Program-made: the position numbers and the translations under genes | Part shown: in pieces, positions 1-13,172 of the stretch | Layout: every line of letters starts with the position of its first letter | How positions within the stretch are numbered: position 1 is the first letter of the stretch | Assembly (NCBI GenBank): GCA_965153455.1 | Contig: OZ234493.1 | Location: 12,762,213-12,826,212 of the forward strand | From: Sphagnum compactum | Taxonomy: Eukaryota | Length of the DNA: 64,000 nt | Direction of reading: 5' to 3' | Notes under the pieces: model-generated | The model's input: only the letters and a program-made list of their open reading frames with translations | Database searches by the model: none | What the model was told of the DNA's origin: nothing

Positions 1-156
1 TTTTCAAGTAATCATGAATGCATGAAAGTCATGTTACACAATATCACAAATTATAGATTTAGGTTTTAATTTTGGGTCAAATCCCCCTCCCACCCACTCA
101 AAATAATTTTGAGATCGGGCATATATAATGATAATTTGTTGAGAACCATATGGCAA

Positions 157-191
<35 letters not shown>

Positions 192-2519
192 GGGGGTGCA
201 AGGGATTTTGGAACCTTCCCCTTGAGGAAAGGTATTACATTCATATTGTATGAAAAAACCATTGGACATGTTGAGAGATACATTTCCATTGCAAAAAATG
301 AAATTAGGCTATTGCCAAATTAAAACGAATACCTTGATCAAGCAACTGAGATTCTAAAGCAAGGTCGTGTATAACACTACAAGAACATCACTCATAGCGT
401 AAAGGAAAAAACTTTCAATCATGCCGACATCTTTCATTCACCAATCATTTTGGTTCCTTTGAGCAATTTTTAGGGTTTCCTTTTTCCCAAATCTTGTCCT
501 CTTTTGACTCAAAACTCGTGCTTCAACTTTACTCAAAACAAAAAGGAACAAGGACCTAAAAATGTTTTGTATCTCTCTCTCTCTCTCTTTCTCTCTTAAT
601 TTAATGCAATTGTACCTAATTCGAACTCTTTAGAAGGGGGATGAAAGAAGAAGGCCAAATGGTCCCAAATTTTTGTACAAATCAATTTTTCTTGAGGAAG
701 TCCTTTTTTACCCCAAAAATATTCATGGATTATTATACCCTTTACCTTTCCCTAGGTTGGGAACTTTAGAGAAACCCCATGTGCCAAAACCCTAAACCCT
801 AAATGGATAGGTAGGTAACCTATATTTACCATGATTTGCTTGTGACAAGCCATTCTAGGGTTTAGAATACACACACCAAAGAAAAGGGTGTGGATCAAGA
901 ACTCTATCACTTTATATATCAAAAGTGAATGAAATGAAAGCAAAAAAAGCACAAAGAGGTTGAAACAAAGAACTATGGAAACCAACCAAGAAAGAGTAAA
1001 AATCACAAAACTCTTTTTGGCTTGGATGGAGTGAGAATCAATTTGATGAGTATGAACATGTGGAAATGTAAAGCTTCATTCACTAGGGAGAAATCTTAGG
1101 GCACCTTATAATGGTGAATATCCCTCCTAGAAAAGAGAGGAATGATATTACACCTACTCATTAATAGTGTAAGGACCTTGGGCCTACTACTTATGGATAT
1201 TACTAGGCATAAGACCCCTTCATTATAAAAGAGTAGGTGTAAAGACCCTTCCCCATCCTATGGCTCTTTAAATGTGGGGCTTGATTTGGTTACCGCCTTA
1301 TCTTAGGCCCCTTATTTTGGGAATAGGGTAAGGACTAGATGGGAGGAAATGCTCCAAATGTGAGACCAAACTTGAATACCTCCTCATCTTAGGCCCCTTA
1401 TTTTGGGGAATGCCCCCAACTACTTGAGGGGCTTTATCTTAAACCAATGTATTTTTTTAATTGTGAAAATTTTCCATTTTTTTGGAAATTTTTTTTGTAA
1501 ATTTTTTTTTAAAAAATTCACAAAATTTTCTAGTTTTTGAGAAAAACCGTCAAAAAAAAGAGAGAGAAATTTCTCAAAATTCAACGAAATCTCTCACAAT
1601 TGCCAATAACATGAAATGTGCTTTATGCTTTTTCTACTTTCATATTTTTGAATATTTGCCAAATTTGGCTAAATGTTCTTAGGGATGATAACCACTTGAG
1701 CAACATCACAAAATTGACAAAAAAAAAGAAAAAAAGAAAAAAAAATGCACTAAACATAACTATACTCTTTCGAGGTTGCTTAAAAAACTACACATTTTCC
1801 TTGAATACATTCAAATTAACTTAACCATGTTACATAGTCCGGCGGTTGTGGTTTTAGACATCTATATAACAAAGAGAACAAGGAACCATTACACAATGAG
1901 TCACTTTGTTCATGAACACAATCAAATGCCCCGCAAGAAGCAAACCATGGTTGGTTCTTCTCCGACCAACCATGGTCATGCCTTGGGTGAACCAACAACA
2001 CCGAGCATCATCGACACTTGCAAACTTCATAAGGGGGTTGGTTTTACGGTCCTCCTCCTCCTCCGACCGAAAAATTTCAAAATGTTATTGCTTTGAATTT
2101 TTAAAAAAAAAAACAAAGGTCCATAGTCAGGTTTGTGGTCACAAAAATAAAGGTCCGACCGAATTCAGGTCCGTAGTAATCGTAGTCCCAAACCTGCCAA
2201 TTTAATAAGCAAGAAGCAATTCTATTGGATGAGAGCCATAAAATTGGACCCACGGCCTTTAGATTGAGGGTCCAAGACCAAAAAGTGGCAAATCAAGGCA
2301 ATTGGCTCGACCCCACCAAAAAAAGAAAAAGAAAAAACAAGGCTAAACAGGTTAGATTGGTTAAACTTGCCACCTTCCTACCCACCTCACCTACCTACCA
2401 GGAACCGCCACCTACCTACCCACCTCACCTACCTACCAGTTCCATCCCTTTCCCCCCGGCGTGAAGTGTTGCGTCCGAGGCCATCCTCCTCCTCCTCTCC
2501 TCACGGCAGCGCTCTCACA

Positions 2520-2660
2520 GAAGAGAGGAGATTTTCCAGGTCTTGCAAATCGATCGGAGTTGCAGCAGCAGCAGCAGCAGCAAAGAAGAGAGGAGATTTC
2601 CAGGTCTTACAAATCGATCGGAATTGCTGTAGCTGCAGCAGCAGCAGCAGCAGCAGCAGG
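2520..2660 (+). repeat. Duplicated ~65-bp unit with (CAG)n tracts just upstream of the YSL ATG
   Basis: agaagagaggagatt(t)ccaggtctt[g/a]caaatcgatcgga occurs twice, each copy followed by gcagcagca runs. Confidence 0.85.
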
Positions 2661-2699
2661 GGAGCAAGCACTTTGTTGTGGTCTTGTTGAGCAGCAGCA

Positions 2700-5600
2700 A
2701 TGGAAGCGCATACTGGGGATTACACGCCGTTACCCAACAGTGAAGATGTAGTGGAGAGTATAATAGAGTCGCAGCAGTTGCTGCACAAAGGTGGTGATTA
2801 TGGTAATGCTGATGATAGTGAGAACGATCTCTTTTCTTCTAGTAGCTTCAAGGATGTGCCTGTACCGCTCTGGTGGGAGCAGATCACTGTGCGAGGCTTG
2901 GTGGTGAGTGCGATTCTTGGTTGCGTGTTTTGTCTCATCACCCACAAGCTCAATCTCACTGTGGGTATCATTCCTTCGCTCAATGTCGCTGCCGGTCTCT
3001 TGGGTTTCTTCTTCGTTAAGTCATGGACCGTGTTCTTGTCCAAGCTTGGTATCTGGAGCAAGCCCTTCACTCGTCAGGAGAATACTGTCATTCAGACCTG
3101 CGTTGTCGCTTGTATGGGGCTTGCCTTCAGTGGTACGTAAGCTGCTTCTTCTTCTTCCACTAGAACTCATGGGTGTGTGTGTGTGTGACTGATCTGGAAC
3201 CCTAATTTTTCGCTTTGAAGAGTGATCCAGTTTGAGTTCTTCTTTTCTTCTTCTTTCTGGGTTGGTGAGCGAATTTTGAGCTTCTGAATTTTGCAGGAGG
3301 ATTTGGTTCCTATTTGTTGGGTATGAATGGGAAGAGCTATGCAAAGCTTGGACCTGACTACCCTGGGAACAGAGCTGAAGATGTGAAGGATCCTTCCATG
3401 GGCTGGATGACTGCCTATCTGTTCACTGTCAGTTTCCTTGGCATCTTCTCTCTTGTTCCACTTCGTCAAGTAAGTTGTTTCTCTCTCTCATAGGGCATCC
3501 ATCCACATGAACTCTCTATACCTATCCAAGCTTTTCTCTCTTCTCATGTCACTCCAGAAATGGATCAAAGTCAAAGATGAAGAAGAAGAAGAAGATGATG
3601 ATGGAGACAAGTACTGACTCATTTGTGTGATTTTTTTTGGTGAGCAGATCATGATACTGAAGTACAAATTGACCTACCCCAGTGGCACAGCCACCGCTCT
3701 TCTTATCAACAGCTTCCACACAGTGCAGGGTGCTGACATTGCTGAGTAAGTCTCGTCTTCCTCCTCTGATCATCTTGATATTCTCTCACACACAAAATCT
3801 CTGACATGCTTTTGTTTTCTGCTCTTCTTCATGTCCTCCAGGATGATGATGATGATGTCAAGCTGCTGCTGATGTTGGTTATAAGAAGCTGCAGCTGACA
3901 GTAGAGAGGGATGTTGGTGGATGGATGGATGGGTGGTAATTATTGTCGGACAGGAAGCAAGTGGCATGTCTAGGCAAGTTTTTTGGTGGAAGCTTCCTTT
4001 GGAGCCTCTTCAAGTGGTTCTGGAGTGGCATTGGTGACAGCTGTGGCTTCGACAACTTCCCCATCTTGGGGTTAAAGGCATATGCTAACACGTAAAACAA
4101 CGACCTTCACAACATCCTTCTCAATTCCCTTGTACCACCACATCTCACAGAGTTTTTTGTTGCCTCTACCAATTGAACATGATCAATAGACAAAATTTTG
4201 TTTCCCATCTTCTTTTCTTTTCTTGCACAGCAGCTTGATTCACATTGCTGTTCTGCAGTTGTCAATCAGAACGGGAATTTATTTTCACAAGCCAAGAATT
4301 TTCTCCTTGTCAGAGTCATGACAAAGGTGCTGCCTGCAGAAGAATTAGTATGATTGATTTTTGTGGGTGGAATTTGTGGCAGGTTCTATTTTGATTTCAG
4401 TATGACATATATTGGGGTTGGTATGATATGCCCCCACATTGTGAACTGCTCTGTCCTATTGGGTGCCATTATTTCATGGGGCATCATGTGGCCTCTCATT
4501 AGTGCTCAAGAAGGCAAATGGTTTCCTGCAAACCTTCCAAGTAGTGACTTTGGAGGTCTTTATGGTTACAAGGTCTGCTGCATAACAATTACTCTCTGCA
4601 TTTTGTTTCTCCCCACAACCCTTTTACCTTGTTGGCCTTGAAGTTCTCTCACTTGCAACTAAGATTCATTAGGATGATGAGCATTATTGCACTAGAGTTA
4701 GCTGTTCTTGGTTGTGGCTTTTGAAGGTTTACAGAGGCTCTTAGTCCTGAGAGCAACATTGTGATCAAATAGAACTTTTTGTTTTGCAGGTTTTCATTGC
4801 AATTGCACTTGTGCTGGGTGATGGGCTTTACAATTTCTTGAAGATATCAGTCATCACACTCCAAGCTATATATCACCAGACCCGCAATGATCAGCATCTA
4901 CCTGTCAGTACAGGTGTGTGGAGGAGTTCAAGCAGGGCACATTGAATTACCCGTTTGTTATTTTTTTTTATTCCACTCTCCTGACTTGTTTCTTCTAATA
5001 AACCCTAAACCCTAAACCCCTAAACCCTGTCCCAAGAACATGTAAGAGAAGCTGAAATATTGTCAAAGCTTTTATAACTCTTTGTTTTTGAATGCAAGAC
5101 TTTGTATACCACCTTTGAAGGCAAAGTTAGGGTTCTCATTCCTATGTTAGGGTCTTCTTCCGTATTGGAAAAGTTGGAATTTTATTGATTTAAATGGTAA
5201 AAGTCAATAGTAGATCAATGGTGTATGTAGTCTACAACTTTGTGAGGTGCGGGATGGATGGTTGTCTTTTTTTGCAGAGGACTCAATCTTAGGGGAGGCC
5301 GCAGAGGAGATATCACAAGAGGAGAAGCAGCGCAACAAAGTGTTTCTGGAGGAAGGGGTGCCTTTTTGGGTTGCAGGATCTGGCTATGTAGCACTTGCAT
5401 GCATATCCATGACTGTTATTCCTCAAATGTTTCCTGCAGTAAGGTGGTACTATGTGTTAGGTGCTTACATTCTGGCCCCAGTTCTTGCATTTTGCAATGC
5501 TTACGGGTGTGGCTTAACCGACTGGAGCCTTGGGACGACTTATGGAAAACTAGGACTCTTTGTGTTTGCGGGGTGGGCGGGGAGCAATGGTGGTGTGATG

Positions 5601-6236
5601 GCAGGACTAGTTGGATGTGGAGTGATGATGTCGATTGTCTCAACAGCAGCTGATATCATGCAGGATTTCCGAACAGGGTACTTAACTTTGTCATCCCCAC
5701 GTTCCATGTTCATCAGCCAATTGGCTGGAACTGTAATGGGTTGCATTACAGCACCTCTCACATTCTGGTTGTTTTGGACATCATTTGATGTTGGAAATCC
5801 TGAAGGAGAGTACAAGGCTCCGTATGGGGTGTTGTTCCGAACCATGGCTATTGTTGGTGTGGAAGGTCTCTCTACACTTCCACCACACTGCTTAGAGCTC
5901 TGTTGCATCTCCTTTGTTGCCGCGTTTGTGATCAACATTATTCGAGATACAGCGCCAAAGAATGTCAGTGCCTATATCCCGATTCCAATGGCAATGGCAA
6001 TTCCATTCTACATTGGAGCATACTTTGCAATTGACATGTTTATCGGAACAGTGATTTTGTTTTTCTGGCAAAGGCTTTCAAAGCAGGCTGATGTATATGC
6101 TCCAGCTGTGGCTTCAGGGTTAATTTGTGGTGATGGCATTTGGAGTGTCCCATCAGCTGCTCTGTCATTGGCCAAGATCAACCCACCCCTTTGCATGATG
6201 TTTGTCAAATCAGCAGATGCTATTATTGGGGGATAA
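2700..6236 (+). CDS. YSL: Yellow stripe-like (YSL/OPT family) metal-nicotianamine transporter, 7 exons: 2700-3132, 3297-3469, 3648-3745, 3954-4091, 4383-4572, 4790-4913, 5278-6236
   Basis: YSL motifs [108 protein letters not shown]. All six introns are GT-AG and phase-compatible; ends TAA. Confidence 0.96.
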
Positions 6237-6391
6237 GATGTGCACAGGATTGAAAACTAGACTCCACATTCTTTTGTCTGATATTAAAGGGCATCAAGCA
6301 CACATGTGCATATCGGATACAGGATTTTTCTGACAAATTCACTGTACATGTCTACCTGCTAGAAGGTACATTTCCTTATTGGGTGGCACTA

Positions 6392-6590
6392 TTTGTGGGT
6401 ATTGCAGCAGTATGAAGTCCTGTATTCTTTGTGGGTATTGCTGCAGTACGAAGGCCTGTATTCTTTGTTGGGTATTGCGGGAGTACAAAGTCCTGTATTC
6501 TTTGTGGGTAGGTATTGTGGCTGTACAAAGCCCTGTATGCTTTGTGGGTATTGCAGGAGTATGAACTCCTGTATACTTTGGGGTGCAATC
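6392..6590 (+). repeat. Diverged ~36-bp tandem repeat (about 5.3 copies) downstream of the YSL stop, probable 3' UTR
   Basis: Units tttgtgggtattgcagcagtatgaagtcctgtattc start at 6392, 6428, 6464, 6501, 6541, with a partial copy at 6577. Confidence 0.9.
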
Positions 6591-7583
6591 TTTGGTCCAG
6601 ATACTTACTGCATATACAGAAGATCTAGTTGCTAATTGTACATGGGACCTCTTTGATGGTTTTCACCCAATTATGGCATCTTGGACCTTTTGATCAATGG
6701 TCTTGATTTCAAAGGTGAAAAGCATAGCAAGTAGTTGGTCACAGAAGCAAGTTGTATAATAAAGTGAGCCATCATTCTTTTCTTCAATTAAAAATCTAAT
6801 TGTCTTGTTTTCCATTGATTTTGCAAATTTTTTGTGTGGTGAGGGGAGCTGGTACTGATGTCTGAATCAAACCCATACTTTCTGTACAGTAGTTGTCTTG
6901 TGCAGAAGGAGTATTGAAGCAGAAAGGTCACAAGCTGATGATGCAATGCTCTCTCTACAATTCAATATTGTCAAGCTAGCGAATGGGAATTTTCATGGCG
7001 TCTTTAGGTGACAAGTAGCAATCATAGAAATTTTGATAGGAAAGGAAAGCAATTGAAAAACGGCTTCTCCAATGATAATGGGTTCTGTAGTGAAGTATTT
7101 ACTAAAATTGATCAATATTGAACAAATATCAAAGTTGTATATATAATGCAGGTGGTATTCAAAGCTTCAAACTGCTGGATCTTTACATCACAATACATGA
7201 CAAGTCTAATAGCATGGAGACTGCCATTTTCAATGAGAATTTGTTCTTCATTGGTTATAAAATTACATGCAACCTTTGCTGATGCAGGAATTCAGTACAG
7301 TCCTGTCACCCATGACAGTGTGTTCCCTCTCATCCATTACTTTTGGCCCGAATGAAACTCAACAAACTTAAGAAACAGCACATGTAACCAATGCCAGAAC
7401 CCTTGTCTGTTAGTATGAGGAGGATGTTGTACTCTGTTTGGATGTTGTATTACAAAATGTAAGGGAGGGTTTGTGCAACCCTTGGAAGTAAAAATCAGAG
7501 AAGCAGGAGTTGAAAAACCCCCAATTTTATTGCTTATTAAAAAACTCCTTTTGGCAATTTGCATGTCATTTGCATGGGCACAC

Positions 7584-7629
<46 letters not shown>

Positions 7630-7735
7630 TAAAGTACTAAGTCCACTAACCCCATCTCTTATTATTTTGCACGGGTTGAGAGTGCGACAAAGAATGCAAC
7701 ATTAAAGTAGTATATTAAGTCCACTATTATAATAC

Positions 7736-7940
7736 TGCATTCACACTTGATGTTAAGTCAGTGTTAAATGAAAATCTAGGTGGCATCCTGGGTGGCACCC
7801 AATGTTAAAATGGGCGATAGCTTAATGTTAAGCGAGTGTTAACTTAACATAAAATGTTCATCATAAGTTGGTGTAAATCCTAAATGACATGGTGTAAAGG
7901 GGACTCAACACTAGAGTCCCTAACACCAAGTGTGATTGCA
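7736..7940. mobile_element. MITE-like repeat (tgcattcacact...agtgtgattgca ends); second copy inverted at ~43353-43570
   Basis: Imperfect terminal inverted repeat. Internal sequence (gtggcatcctgggtggcacccaatg, aacttaacataaaa, tagagtccctaacacca) matches the reverse complement of ~43353-43570. Confidence 0.65.
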
Positions 7941-8604
7941 CGTTTTAAGGCAACTCTCTCTTTAATGGAATTCAAGGCACCAATTTGAACAATCTCATTG
8001 GCCACAAGATTTTCCCTTCATACGTAATAAAGGCTATAATACACGTTTAATAAAGGCTATAATATCACGACATTTTAAATGCAAGTTTACTGAAGAGAAC
8101 TCCTCATAAACATGCTAGTCGGGTACAAAGCGAGGGTTTTTCCTTTTTTTTTTCCTCCAATTTTGTGATGTAGCTGAAGTGGTGATCTATACCCATGAGA
8201 TGATTTAGCCAGATTTGGCTACATATTAGAATATGAAAGTAGAAAATAAAACCAGAATCCTTCTATATTCATTCTTGGGCTACTTATTGGAATTTATCAT
8301 CATAAAAATCTGACAATTTGAATTTTATTTTATTTTTCAAAATCTAGCAAATTTGGGTACATTTTTTTCCCATGAAAAATGCTTTCTATTACCCATGTAT
8401 TGTCTACATGTTGGTCCAATTCTGGTATTAAAAGTCCAGACCAATCCAAGTGTAATTTCCCTCAAGGGATTCATATTTTGGCCCATATGTATGTATGTAA
8501 GTAAGGGAGAGAGACCATGGAACTTCTCTAGTTTCCCATTTGTTCCCACATTTTGAAGTTCCCGAAAAGTTCACTCTAAGTTCACAATAGCATGCATGAA
8601 GTTC

Positions 8605-8884
8605 ATTGTGTTTAGATTCATTATAGAGTATAGTAGCTTAAGGGATTTTTTATAGGCCCCTAGGTGATAAAAATAATAATAAGTCTATTTATTTTTATAT
8701 GAGGATTTTTGAAAGATGATATTTTGGCTTGTGTTGAAACTTGAGATTAGTTATAGAGTTATAATATCTTGAAAGATTTTGGTTTCTTTTAGAGGAATTT
8801 TTGAAGATTACATTTTTGCATGGTGAAAGATTTGAGTGTTCATAACTCTTCTTTTGCATTAAGATACTTTTTAATGCAAATGGC
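8605..8884 (+). mobile_element. ~320-bp HINE-like repeat family, copy 1 (truncated at both ends)
   Basis: Core ttgtgtttagattcattatagagtatagtagcttaaggga...ggcttgtgttgaaacttgagattagttatagag shared with six other copies. Confidence 0.85.
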
Positions 8885-11845
8885 TTGTAGGCTCCTCCTT
8901 GCTAGTTACTCAACCAAGAAGCTTGGTTGAATGAAATATTGGGCAATGAGGTGGGGTTAATCCTAACCCAGGTCTGTCTGTTTTTGTGAATTAAGGTCTC
9001 ACCCTCGGGAGAGACAGTGGTGTAGTAGTCAAAAGTGTGAGTTCGATGGTTAGCATGGACAACTGGAACTTGTGCACATTCAAGGTCACTTTGGTCATTG
9101 ACATGAGGTGTTGTTTAGAATGCTGGACAACCCAATAAACTTTTTGGGTTCATAGAGTCCCATTTGGAGCTTATATATGTCCACATAAATTTCACATAGA
9201 ACAAAAGCTAAGTTAGAGTAAAATCACCCATCACCAAACATCATCCAATTGACTATATACTCTGTACCTAATCAAACAATGGGTTCTTAAAAACTAGTAC
9301 TTCTATAAATTATGTTAGAGTCATCCATAAAGTCACCCTCTATTTCACCCCTTTTCTCCTCTGCTAGTGGTATCCACAAAGTAATGAAATTTTATTAAAT
9401 CTGGGTACAATGAAATGCTGAACTCAGCATTTAATGCGCAGGGTTCGAGCATAACTATAGTAGTTGTACAGGTAGGGTTCGAGCATAACTATAGTAGTTG
9501 TACAGGTAGGAGCAGTGAAAATATATGTAGCAGCGGTGGAGGCGCTCAGGAAAATGGAAGGAAAGACAGGATGAAACTCAGTTTACCACCAAATTTGGTG
9601 GAAGAACTAGTTTGGGTCCCAGTTATTTCCTCTTGTAAGAAAATTTCATTCTCAGTTAGTTACGCGTTTGATGCCCTATTATGCCGAAACTGGATGATTT
9701 TGGTGTGAAAAAAGGATGAAACTTTGTTTGTTCTCCTCAAAGTGGTTGTAAAGAGCTCCAAGTATTCAGTAGCAATAAATTGTAAAAGAGCTTGGTAGCT
9801 TCACATCTGATAGCAAGTTGTGTGCATGGATCCCCCTATTTTTGCTGTTTTGATTATTTAGAGTCTAAAACTCTTAATGACTCCAAAATGGCCTTTTTCT
9901 AAGAGATCTTGATGAGATTCCTTCAAGAAGCATCTCTACTCTACCTATGCACATAAGAAGTTATTTCCATACATGCTAGCTTTATGTGCATAAAACCAAA
10001 CTCCTGGAAGTAACAGCTTGTGACTGCCCATAAATGTTACTATCTATGGCTATCTGCCCATGAATCCTACCATTGAATACACAATCCATGGGCATTATAA
10101 TAAATGGTTGTCTAGTGCATAGTTTTCTTAGGCTGATTAAAATTCCAAAATTAATTTCATGGTCTTAATTGAAGATGTAGAATAAAATAATATTATTTTT
10201 GCAGATTTTTTAAAAATATTGAAGCTGATTAATTTCATGATCTCAATTGATGAGCTAGGGTAAATAATATTTCTGCCTAAATTTAGCTTCATTTGTGGGG
10301 GCTAGGATATAAGCCTTTTATTTTGCGATTTTTTTTCAATTTTATTGTCGCAAATTCAAATGATTTTTTTCAAAATCATCAATTTTTTTTCAAAATCCTA
10401 AAAAAATCCTTAATAAAATCATCAGATTTCTCTACATGGTTCAAGAAAGTAGCCTAGAATATATAACATTACTTAAATTTTTCATTTCATATTTGACTAG
10501 TAGCCAAATTTGGCTAGTTTCACGTATGGATGATCATCACTACCTTGGCTACATCACAAAACACATTGTGAAATTTCTAGCATTGCTTTTACGAAATTTT
10601 AAAAAATACCCAATACCGCCAGGACCATGCTGGTATGTTCAGAAGTGGACACCCGACCAACACTTGCATGTCAATAAATAAATATACCTGAGAACCTACT
10701 AGACTCCGATGAATCCTGGAAACAAAAGCCCTTTGTGGGTGTTCAGCAGTGTGTGCAGTGAAGAACACTAGCCAAAGATCCAAACAATAATGGTTTCAAT
10801 AGGTTCAAAGTATGATCCAAACAATAATGGTTTCAATAGGTTCAAAGTACATGAAGTTTTCAGAAGCTCTCCTTTACCCAGTTGAAGTTAAAGTGCCTGC
10901 TGAGCTTCTCAGAGTCCTCGTTGCAAACTCTGGAAGCCAGCCACCACACAGCTTATGAGTAGTAACTTGTATTACTAATCCGTATATAAATGTGTTGTTG
11001 TTTGGAGTGCAATTCCAGTTTAAATTTCCACTAGTTCTAAACTGAAGTCAGCAAACAGCTAATTTCACTACTCGTATCACAATATCATAGTAGATGATGG
11101 CCAAAAAAACACAATTTCAATATTTTAAAATGAATTCATTATTTGGAAAATAAAATAATTTTTTTTTTGTCAATGTGAAAACCAACCCTAGGCTACATAC
11201 ACGGTATTATAAATAGATGTGAGATTCTTCATCTTTGTGTACATACATCCATTACACTAACTATTAGACAAGCAAGTTTTGTAAGGATTCTTCATTCTTA
11301 GTGTATGCATTAGCTATTACACTAAAAAATAGTTTTTAAAAAAAAAATTCCCAACACTTTTTGGGCTTTATATGGCCACTAAAATGGCCTCACTCAAACA
11401 AGTGAAGGCACCGATGTGGGTGCTAGTTGAGGATGGCCCTCATGGGGTAAATGGACCGGTGTAAGAACCCTCCCTCTCCTATGCCTTCTATTCTATGTAT
11501 GTTGAAGTGTAGGGTAGTGCCCCCACATTGGAGTGGGGGCACTCTTGAAATAAGCACTCACCTTGAGGTGGAGCCTCCGAGTGAACAACACAAAGTTTAT
11601 TTGGGTTTTGCCTTGAGGAAGTGCTTATTTTGGGAACACCTCATTTCCAAGGCCATTACTTGATGAGAAGCACCAGCTCTTCTTCTTTTTTTCCTCTTTT
11701 TTTTGGGGCTCTTTAATTAGTGTGGGACACAAACACCCACCAACTAACAACAAACATTTCTAGAGTTTCATCAACAAACATTTTTAATTAAGTAGCTTAA
11801 TTAACCTTTCTTTCACAATGTTGTTTTGTCTCCGATGCCAAATCC

Positions 11846-12185
11846 AACAATGGGTATATGTCATTGTTTTACATTAAAAACCGTATCTTAAGGCAAAAGA
11901 AGAATTATGGAAACTCAAATAGTTCACCATGCAAAGATATACCTAAACTTCAAAAAAATCCTCTAAAAGAAACCAAAATCCTTCAAGATATTATAACTCT
12001 ATAACTAACCTCAAGTTTCAACACAAGCCAAAATTATCATCTTTCAAAAATCCTCATATAATAAAAATAGACCTATTATTATTATTATTACCTAGGGGCC
12101 TATAAAAAAATCCCTTAAGCCACTATACTCTATAATGAATCTAAACACAACAATATCCTTTTTTGCCTTGGTAGTAGGCAAGGCC
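11846..12185 (-). mobile_element. HINE-like repeat family, copy 2
   Basis: Reverse complement of the family core. Minus strand begins ggccttgcctactaccaaggcaa and ends tgacatatacccattgtt. Confidence 0.85.
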
Positions 12186-12409
12186 AAAACAAACTCCCAC
12201 AAAGTTACATATGTGAACCTACAATTAATGGTAATGACTTCATTGGGTTATCTAGAAAGTCAGATTCAATGAAAAGACTTTATAATCTAGTAGTGGAGAC
12301 TCTCTAGCAGAGGATTCCCACTTTTGTATTTAATGGCCATAATCTGGGTAGAAGCAAAATCACAACTTCCAGAAGCTACCTATTTACCTAGGTCTTCCTT
12401 GTTATAGAA

Positions 12410-12800
12410 TGGGTTACCAAAGTAAAAACCAGATATATTTCTCACATCCAAGTTTTAGTTATTTTACTCTTCTCCAACCCATTAAGTGGTTACCCCCCCA
12501 CCTGCAAAACTAAAACTAGGACTGCAGATAAAAAAATAAGTAACTGGTGGTGGGAGACTACAAATTGCAGCAAACCACCTAGACCAATCATTATGATTAT
12601 TGGCCAATCAGACCCACCCAGGGAGTAGCAGTCAGATCATATTTATTACACTCTTCTCTGGCAGGTATAACGGCTTTGTTGTGCCTGTTACTAGCCTCAG
12701 CAGTAGTGCAACACATCGTGCGAAAAAATGCTGAGCCAAAACCATTTTGCTGAGTCGAACCGACATGTTTTAACTTTCATTCATCCAAATTTAATTTGTC
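12410..12800 (-). mobile_element. Diverged relic related to the Tourist-like MITE at 45004-45383
   Basis: gaccaatcattatgat, atttattaca, tgagtcgaaccgacat match the reverse complement of the 45060-45350 interior. Confidence 0.55.
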
Positions 12801-12803
12801 TTA

Positions 12804-13172
12804 GGCCCACTTTACACTAGGAGTCAAGGCCAATGTTCAACTCAAATCAAGCATTCTTATTGGAGCAAAAGTTGAAATTGGCACCAAGGGCTTTACACTA
12901 GGAGTCAAGGCCGAAATAGAAAAATATTTTCAATCTCCCCCAAGTTACTAATAAATGCTGAACTTTATGGCCTCCTATTGGTTGAAAAAAAGGATACCAT
13001 CAAATTTGGGAAGCCAATTTGCAATGCTGGGGACCAATGTTCCAGCATTTAATAATATCCCGAGGTCAAGTGTTCGAGCATTTATTAGTAACTTGATGCC
13101 AAACAAGCAGCCAAAAATGCTCAAATTTTGCCCCAAGTTTTTTCAGCCCTGACTCCTAGTGTAATGTGGGCC
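12804..13172. mobile_element. MITE with ~27-bp TIRs (ggcccactttacactaggagtcaaggc ... gccctgactcctagtgtaatgtgggcc), PIF/Harbinger-like ends
   Basis: Near-perfect terminal inverted repeats (2 mismatches). Extra internal TIR copy at ~12891-12912. No clean TSD (tta left, aag right). Confidence 0.75.

Noticed and set aside
740-1440. Possible LTR fragment with duplicated tcttaggccccttatttt
   Set aside because: No paired LTR, PBS, PPT or retroelement coding sequence could be identified.
9441-10848. Short perfect direct duplications (34 bp at ~9441 and 37 bp at ~10777)
   Set aside because: Ordinary local slippage duplications with no further structure.
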